Assembly: GCA_046581755.1 (NCBI GenBank)
Contig: JAYGFR010000328.1
Span: 1 to 24,344 of the forward strand
DNA from: Nitrospinota bacterium
GTDB lineage: Bacteria; UBA8248
DNA: 24,344 nucleotides
Direction: 5' to 3'
In this document: piece by piece, positions 19,260 through 24,344 of the stretch
How positions within the stretch are numbered: the stretch's first letter is position 1
Layout: every line of letters starts with the position of its first letter
Notes under the pieces: generated by a model
Database searches by the model: none
Told to the model about the DNA's origin: nothing
Seen by the model: only the letters and a program-made list of their open reading frames with translations
Position numbers and translations under genes: made by a program

Positions 19260-20063
19260 CTATAGCATCCAGACGCCGCCGTCGAGGCTAAGCGATTGAC
19301 CGGTCATACTCCTCGACTCATCGCACCCAAGGTAGACGGCAAGCATTCCGATCTCCTCGGGCGTCTGGTCATGGCCCAAAGGAGCAAGCGACTTGACGAT
19401 CTCATCGTAAATCTCGCGCGATGAACGATCCTTCCACTCCTCTTTTTGGGTGGACATCAGCACGCCGTGGCCGTGCTCCCAAATTGGAGAGAAAAGAAAT
19501 CCGGGGTTGATGGCATTTACGTTCACATCGTAGGGAGCCATTTCCTTGGCGATGGACTGTGTGAAGGAGATCAGGGCTGCTTTCGAGGCGCTGTAGTGAG
19601 GTAGGTTCTCGTTTGCGCGGCGGCCAGCCAGCGAGGCGAGGTTGATGATTTTCCCGCTCTTGCGCTCGCGCATGTGCGGAACTACGGCTCGTGTCATGAG
19701 AAACACGCTGGTGAGATTCACTGCCATCATGTCGTTCCATTCTTTGAGTGTAAGGCGTTCGAGCGGATTGGCGAACATCCGCGAGGCCCTACCGTGGGCG
19801 TTTACGAGAACGTCCACCTGCCCCAGGTGCCCGACGGCCTCGTTGAACACTTTTTCGACTTCATCTTCCTTCGTTAAGTCCGCCGTCATCGCTATTGCAT
19901 CGAGCCCCAGGGCCGATGCCTCCTCGGCGCCCTTTTGGGCCGCTTCCTCTTTGAGATCGACTATGAGCAACCGGGCGCCCTCCTTCGCATAGCACCTCGC
20001 GATTCCCCTGCCGATGTCGCCTCCACCGCCTGTTACGATGGTTGCCTTTCCTTCAAGGCGCAT
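19260..20063 (-). CDS. Short-chain dehydrogenase/reductase (SDR)
   Basis: MRLEGKATIVTGGGGDIG, YSASK, NVNAINPG and TGQSLSLDGG. RBS AAGGAG. Confidence 0.93.
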   Translation of the reverse strand: MRLEGKATIVTGGGGDIGRGIARCYAKEGARLLIVDLKEEAAQKGAEEASALGLDAIAMTADLTKEDEVEKVFNEAVGHLGQVDVLVNAHGRASRMFANPLERLTLKEWNDMMAVNLTSVFLMTRAVVPHMRERKSGKIINLASLAGRRANENLPHYSASKAALISFTQSIAKEMAPYDVNVNAINPGFLFSPIWEHGHGVLMSTQKEEWKDRSSREIYDEIVKSLAPLGHDQTPEEIGMLAVYLGCDESRSMTGQSLSLDGGVWML

Positions 20064-20244
20064 AACTTTCTCCTTATAATGGGTAAAATGCGATATGATC
20101 GACACCATGCACTATCAGTGGTTCGATCTGATCCGAACCCCAAGGGTGGATGGGGAAAGGCGGTATTTCACCACGGTCCTACCGCCCGAGGTGGTTGCTG
20201 GGATTCAGGATTGTGTTCGTCATGCCTTAAATTTACATCTTTGA

Positions 20245-20257
20245 TATCAAATACTTA
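20245..20257 (+). promoter_or_regulatory. IHF-consensus site
   Basis: TATCAA-ATAC-TTA matches WATCAANNNNTTR, at the edge of the AT-rich segment. Confidence 0.35.
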
Positions 20258-20317
20258 CAGTCCAGGCCTAAAATAATTTTCTTGCGGCCGATAAAATTAT
20301 GTATATTTTCGAATTTA

Positions 20318-20917
20318 TTACCAGCAAGATGTTTGATTGCCTCGATGATAACAATTTATAGGTTGCCTAGGTTGGTTTTGTCTCAATATACCTTGATAAA
20401 TTTGAAGAGCGTTGGATCTTTCTTGTGCCTGCGCCGCGCGCATCTGAGCTTGCGCATTGGCGTCCTGTATTCGAACTAGAGCATCTTGCCTGTCACGTTC
20501 TCGTTGTTTTTCAGTAATCCATAAACGTAATTGCTGTTCACGGGATTGAAATTCAATATTTGTTATTTTTCTATTAAGCCTTTTTTCAGCTAAGACAAGC
20601 ACTTTAGCCCAATACAGTGCAAAAAGATCTGAATGTTCGAGGCCTGATTTTTCGTACAAAGTAGGAATTCGTTTGGCCATACATATAAACACGTCTAGTC
20701 TATTATATTGTTCAGCGCATTCTTTCTTAATCCTTTCCCCCTTCGCTAGGACAAAATCTATTTTTTCTTGATATATTTGCTGAGGCATTTTGGTCAGTGG
20801 CTTTTCTAACGGCACAACCGATCAAGCTGAATATCCTAATTCATTTTGGTTGCAAGCTGTACCGAGGCCGCACCCAGAAAGGAGTAGAGTAAGTCCAAGA
20901 AGGGAGAGAATTTTCAT
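20318..20917 (-). pseudogene. AT-rich hypothetical lipoprotein gene with one in-frame TGA (codon 32, 20822-20824); nonsense mutation or recoded codon
   Basis: GGAGG RBS, then MKILSLLGLTLLLSGC (lipobox)...ELGYSA*SVVPLEKP, continuing in frame into the 20318-20815 ORF. Confidence 0.65.
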
Positions 20918-20945
20918 TTAAATTCCTCCGGTAGATTTCCTTATT

Positions 20946-21137
20946 CCGGCATTTCCCATATGGTTCCTTGAATGGAGGAATTATAGCCTATCAAATAAAA
21001 ACAATGACACTGAATTATGCGGCAACGTTCTCAAATTAGCATAAAACAACCATTTTATCCTTCCTCGGCGGCTGTGCATGGCGAATTACTAATTCACCAC
21101 CCACAGGCTCATCGAAGGGTTACTTGGAAAATGCCGG
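20946..21137 (-). mobile_element. 192-bp non-autonomous IS1380-derived element (MITE)
   Basis: Terminal inverted repeats CCGGCATTTCCCA and TGGAAAATGCCGG match at 12/13. 20946-21075 aligns with the reverse complement of the IS1380 right end (~23515-23611). Confidence 0.75.
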
Positions 21138-21162
21138 CTAAATCAGAAATGGGGCGAGAAAA

Positions 21163-22011
21163 ATGAAGATCGAAGATGTCGAGCGGGTGATCAAGGGTCG
21201 TTATGGCAAGTTCGCTGAGAAAGGTGGCCACAAGGAGCCTTGCTGACCCAGTAAGCGACAGTCCAGTTTGGGCTTTGCGGTTGGCCAGGAGCTTTATGGA
21301 CAGGATGAGCTTGCCTCGCTACCAGAGCTTACACTCAATCTCTCTCGCGGTTGCGGTAACCCTACAGGTTTCGCGAGCCTTGCTCCAGGCGACGTGGTTG
21401 TGGATTTCGGTTGCGGGGGAGGGATAGACGTCATCCTGGCTGCTCGCAAGGCCGGCCCACAAGGCAGGGTCGTCGGAATCGATTTCACATATCAGATGAT
21501 CGAGCGTGCAAGGCAGGCTGTGGTTGAGGCGGGCATGGAAGACAGAGACATCGGCCTGCGCGTGGCGGCGATGGAGAAGTCGCAGCTTCCGGATATGTCC
21601 GCTGATGTCGTCATATCCAACTGTGTCATCAACCTATGTCCCGACAAGGATGCTGTGTACAAGGAAGCCTTTCGTATCCTGAAAGCAGGTGGACACCTTG
21701 CCATATCGGACATTGTCCTCACAGAGAACATTGATGCTGAGGTGCAAGAGCGTTTCCAATTAACTTGGGCGGGATGTCTGGGAGGGGTTATTCCTGAAGA
21801 GGATTATTGGCAAACAGTAAGGAAAGCGGGCTTTGCTGAGGTTCAGGTTGTGGCGCGCTATACCCTAGCCCCCGAAGAGTTGGAGGCAATGTCCCGTTGT
21901 CCAGGCGAGGAGTACGGCCCTGCCCCCGCGAAAGAGGACCTTGCTGTCGCGCAAGGGAAAGTAAACAGCATCAAGTTCACGGCAGTGAAGCCGTGCATGG
22001 CAAATTTTTAA
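21163..22011 (+). CDS. arsM: Arsenite S-adenosylmethionine methyltransferase, probable selenoprotein (Cys27-Sec28), 282 aa
   Basis: [18 protein letters not shown]...EPC*PS continues in frame into [24 protein letters not shown] and WAGCLGG. TGA 21244-21246 is followed by a SECIS-like hairpin. Confidence 0.88.
21247..21284 (+). promoter_or_regulatory. Putative bacterial SECIS element
   Basis: Stem-loop directly 3' of the UGA: CCAGU/GUUGG, GCGA/UUGC and AGUCCA/UGGGCU. The apical loop GUU starts 19 nt after the UGA. Confidence 0.72.
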
Positions 22012-22014
22012 TTC

Positions 22015-22032
22015 TAGCCGGAATTCAGGTTA
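22015..22032. mobile_element. Possible IS1380-type terminal sequence just after the arsM stop
   Basis: TAGCCGGAATT matches the reverse complement of the MITE end plus flank (21130-21140, TAGCCGGCATT) at 10/11. Confidence 0.4.
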
Positions 22033-22164
22033 TTCTTCGTCTTGGAATTAATGAGAATTCTCCCTAGCCTCCGCACCTCATGGTATATCACAGCGGCCAA
22101 AACGATTGATTAAACCAAGGGAAACGGCCTGTTTTCAATCGCGATATGTAAAATCTTTTTTATT

Positions 22165-22219
22165 TGTTTTTACCTGTTTTTACCTGTTTTTAGTGGCTCG
22201 TAGTTACAAGTTGGTTACA
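22165..22219 (+). repeat. Short phased direct repeats: TGTTTTTA(CC) x3 with 10-bp period, and GTTACA x2 with 11-bp spacing
   Basis: Units start at 22165, 22175 and 22185; GTTACA at 22203 and 22214. Confidence 0.7.
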
Positions 22220-22324
22220 GGTTTGATCAAAGGAAACGGCCAAATAGAACCATTTTGTCGAGGCAGTGGTGTGGGATTGCGGATTAGTAATCCGTAGGCC
22301 AAGAAACTACGCCACTTTCTCAAC

Positions 22325-23611
22325 CGTCCGAATCGACCCTGCGCTTCGCCTTGCCCTCGGCAAGGGCCACAAAATGGGAGCGAGCCAGTCCATGCTCTCG
22401 CGGCTGGAGAACGAGGTTTTGGGAGGCGAGGTCGGGCTCAAGACACTGGACTGTGTGCTTCGGCGCTCGACCGACGCTCTGCTGAAGAAGAAGGACAGGC
22501 GGCGGCTGATCATCGACGTTGACTCCACCGAGGACCCGGCCCACGGCAGCCAGGAGAGAGTTGCTTATAACGGCCACTTCGGTTTGAGCTGCTTTCATCC
22601 CCTGTTTGCCTTCACGAGCGGCGGTGCCTGCCTGGGCGCAAAGCTTCGTCCGGGCAACGTGCACTCGGCCGATGGAACTCTCCCGTTCATTCATCCCATC
22701 GTGGAAAGGTACCGTTCCTGGTTCGGGCTTCTTTGGCTTCGGGGCGACGCCGCCTTCGCGAGCCCGGACATCTACGAGTACTGCGAGAAGAAGCGGGTCA
22801 CCTACTTCATCAGACTGCCCAAGAATCAGAATTTGGAGAGACTCGTTGATCCCCATATCGCCCGGCCCGTCGGTCGCCGGCCCAAATGGGGGCTTCAAGT
22901 CAAGGTTCTCGATATCCACTACCGTGCCAAGAGCTGGACGAGGCCCCGCCGTGTGGTCTGCAAACTGGAATGGCCACAGGGGAAGTTGTTCCCTGAGGTC
23001 GGTTTCATCGTGACCAATTCCAGGCTCCCCAGGACGAAGGTGGTGAAGGTCTACAACGGTAGGGGAGATGCCCGGAACCGGATCAAGGAGGGCAAGAACA
23101 CCCTTCGCTGGGACAAGACCAGCTGCCACCGCTTCGGAGCCAATCAGGCCCGCCTCAAGATGGGGGCCTTGGCCTATAATCTGCTTCACATGCTCCGCCG
23201 GTTCTACGTCAAGGGCGAGGGAGTGAGGCGCTCTATCGAGTGGCTGATCAAACGGCTCATCAAGATCGGGGCCAGGGTCTCCTATCACGCCAAAAAGTGG
23301 CACATTCACGTGGCCTCGGCCTTCCCGCTGGCCCATTACTACAGGGCAGTTTTCGGCCATGGCTGACGCGGGGCAGCAAATTGCGTTGATTTTGGAAGAG
23401 AGGGGATCATTGCGCCCCGAAATGGAGAAAACCGCCTATGCACCGTGATTTTAGATGGAAGGGGTGCCCAAGATGGCATCTTTTTGCAGACTTTGTGGAC
23501 TTTTCGGTGGGCAGCACCGCCGAGGAAGGGAAATAAGGTCGGATTTTGCTAATTGGAGAGCGTTGCCACATAATTCCGATTCTATCCAAGGAACCATATG
23601 GGAAAAGTCAG
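22325..23611 (+). mobile_element. 5'-truncated IS1380-family element; transposase remnant ends at 23366, right IR ~23596-23611
   Basis: RIDPALRLALG, IDVDSTEDPAHGSQE, LRPGNVHSADG, RGDAAF, YNGRGDARNRIKEGK and FGANQARL. The end reads CATATGGGAAAAGTCAG. The usual N-terminal region (TSDAGL..., GYED) is missing. Confidence 0.88.
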
Positions 23612-23628
23612 TTTAGATGGAGGTGGCC

Positions 23629-24344
23629 ATGAAGCTCGCGAGCTTTGAGTTGTCCGGGGAAACGAAGATTGGAATCATGACCGACAAGGACCAGAATCTC
23701 ATCGATCTGCGAGCGGCCGGATGCGAGCACTTCCGCTCGCAGGGAGATTCCCACGCCGCCGAGCACGCGCGGGCGATGTTTCCCTCTGACATGGTGACCT
23801 TTTTGGAAGGAGGGGATGTCACCCTCAAGATAGCCAGAGAGGTCGCGAAACGTACCGAGAGGCTCCTCCGGCGGAAGGGCCGAGAGCCCGCCGCCCTTCG
23901 GCGGGCGGTGCTGCACCCGGTGAAAAGGGTCCGCCTGCTTGCTCCGGTGCCCCGGCCCCCAAAGGTGATCGGGATCGGGGGAAACTATCCCAGCCTTCTC
24001 AAGACGTGGCCTCGGCCGCCGAAGAACCCGCCGATGTTCATTATGGCGCCCACCTCGGTGTGCGGCCCGAACGAGGATGTGGTCCTTCTGCGAGGTTCGA
24101 GATACATCCAGCCCGAGATCGAGCTCTGCGTGGTCATCGGCAAACGGGCCCGGCACGTTTCCGCCAGAGACGCCCATGACGTCGTGGCAGGCTACACCAT
24201 CGGAAACGACATCTCGGAGATCGACTCCCTCATGTCGGAGTGGGTGCTCCGCAGGCGGCCCGAGCTAAAGCCCCTCGGAATCCCCACCGAGGCCCCCTTC
24301 AACCTCTCCTTGGCATTCCAGTGCAAGAACTACGACACCTTCAA
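23629..24344 (+). CDS. Fumarylacetoacetate hydrolase family protein (runs off the window)
   Basis: GGAGGT RBS, MKLASF..., LLAPVPRPPKVIGIGGNY, PEIELCVVIGK, GYTIGNDIS and KNYDTF. Confidence 0.9.
   Translation, partial: MKLASFELSGETKIGIMTDKDQNLIDLRAAGCEHFRSQGDSHAAEHARAMFPSDMVTFLEGGDVTLKIAREVAKRTERLLRRKGREPAALRRAVLHPVKRVRLLAPVPRPPKVIGIGGNYPSLLKTWPRPPKNPPMFIMAPTSVCGPNEDVVLLRGSRYIQPEIELCVVIGKRARHVSARDAHDVVAGYTIGNDISEIDSLMSEWVLRRRPELKPLGIPTEAPFNLSLAFQCKNYDTF

Noticed and set aside
21268..22011. arsM starting at TTG 21268, as in the ORF track
   Set aside because: That start has no clear RBS, lies inside the SECIS-like hairpin and omits the ArsM-like N-terminus. ATG 21163 with read-through fits better.
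22165..22219. CRISPR array or replication iterons
   Set aside because: The units are only 6-10 bp with no spacers, and no cas or rep gene is present.
20941..23616. Target-site duplication around the MITE or the larger arsM unit
   Set aside because: The flanks TTATT, CTAAA and TTTAG do not match as direct repeats.
1..24344. Genome-wide TGA reassignment (code 4 or 25) as the explanation for the in-frame TGAs
   Set aside because: TGA ends tctB, tctA, yjbQ and the transposase at their expected C-termini.
1..24344. tRNA, rRNA or selC gene
   Set aside because: I recognised no cloverleaf or rRNA-like sequence by eye. A covariance search was not run.

Overview
This is a GC-rich bacterial chromosomal window read in standard code 11 (TGA ends several ordinary genes). 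Positions 1-19 kb hold catabolic and transport genes: an IS3 right end interrupting an ABC ATPase, a BKACE enzyme, a ThDP enzyme, a MATE pump, a degenerate PlsY-like protein, a Cys-rich nitronate-monooxygenase-family flavoprotein, a decayed DUF2238 gene, a cupredoxin, two tandem EthD-like paralogues, a tctB-tctA(frameshifted)-tctC transporter with neighbouring cupins, a quinone oxidoreductase, a PPOX-family protein, cinA/pncC, yjbQ and several gene relics. Positions ~19.0-23.6 kb form a more AT-rich mosaic. Its main feature is an arsenite methyltransferase (arsM) that the ORF track truncates. The likely start is ATG 21163, and the gene reads through an in-frame TGA in a Cys-TGA pair that is directly followed by a hairpin fitting the bacterial SECIS model, so it is a probable selenoprotein. 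arsM is tightly bracketed by IS1380-type ends: a 192-bp IS1380-derived MITE upstream, an IR-like motif just after the stop, and a truncated, probably inactive IS1380 further downstream. A divergent lipoprotein gene also carries one in-frame TGA. The window ends inside an FAH-family gene. All calls come from motif recognition by eye; no searches or folding programs were run.
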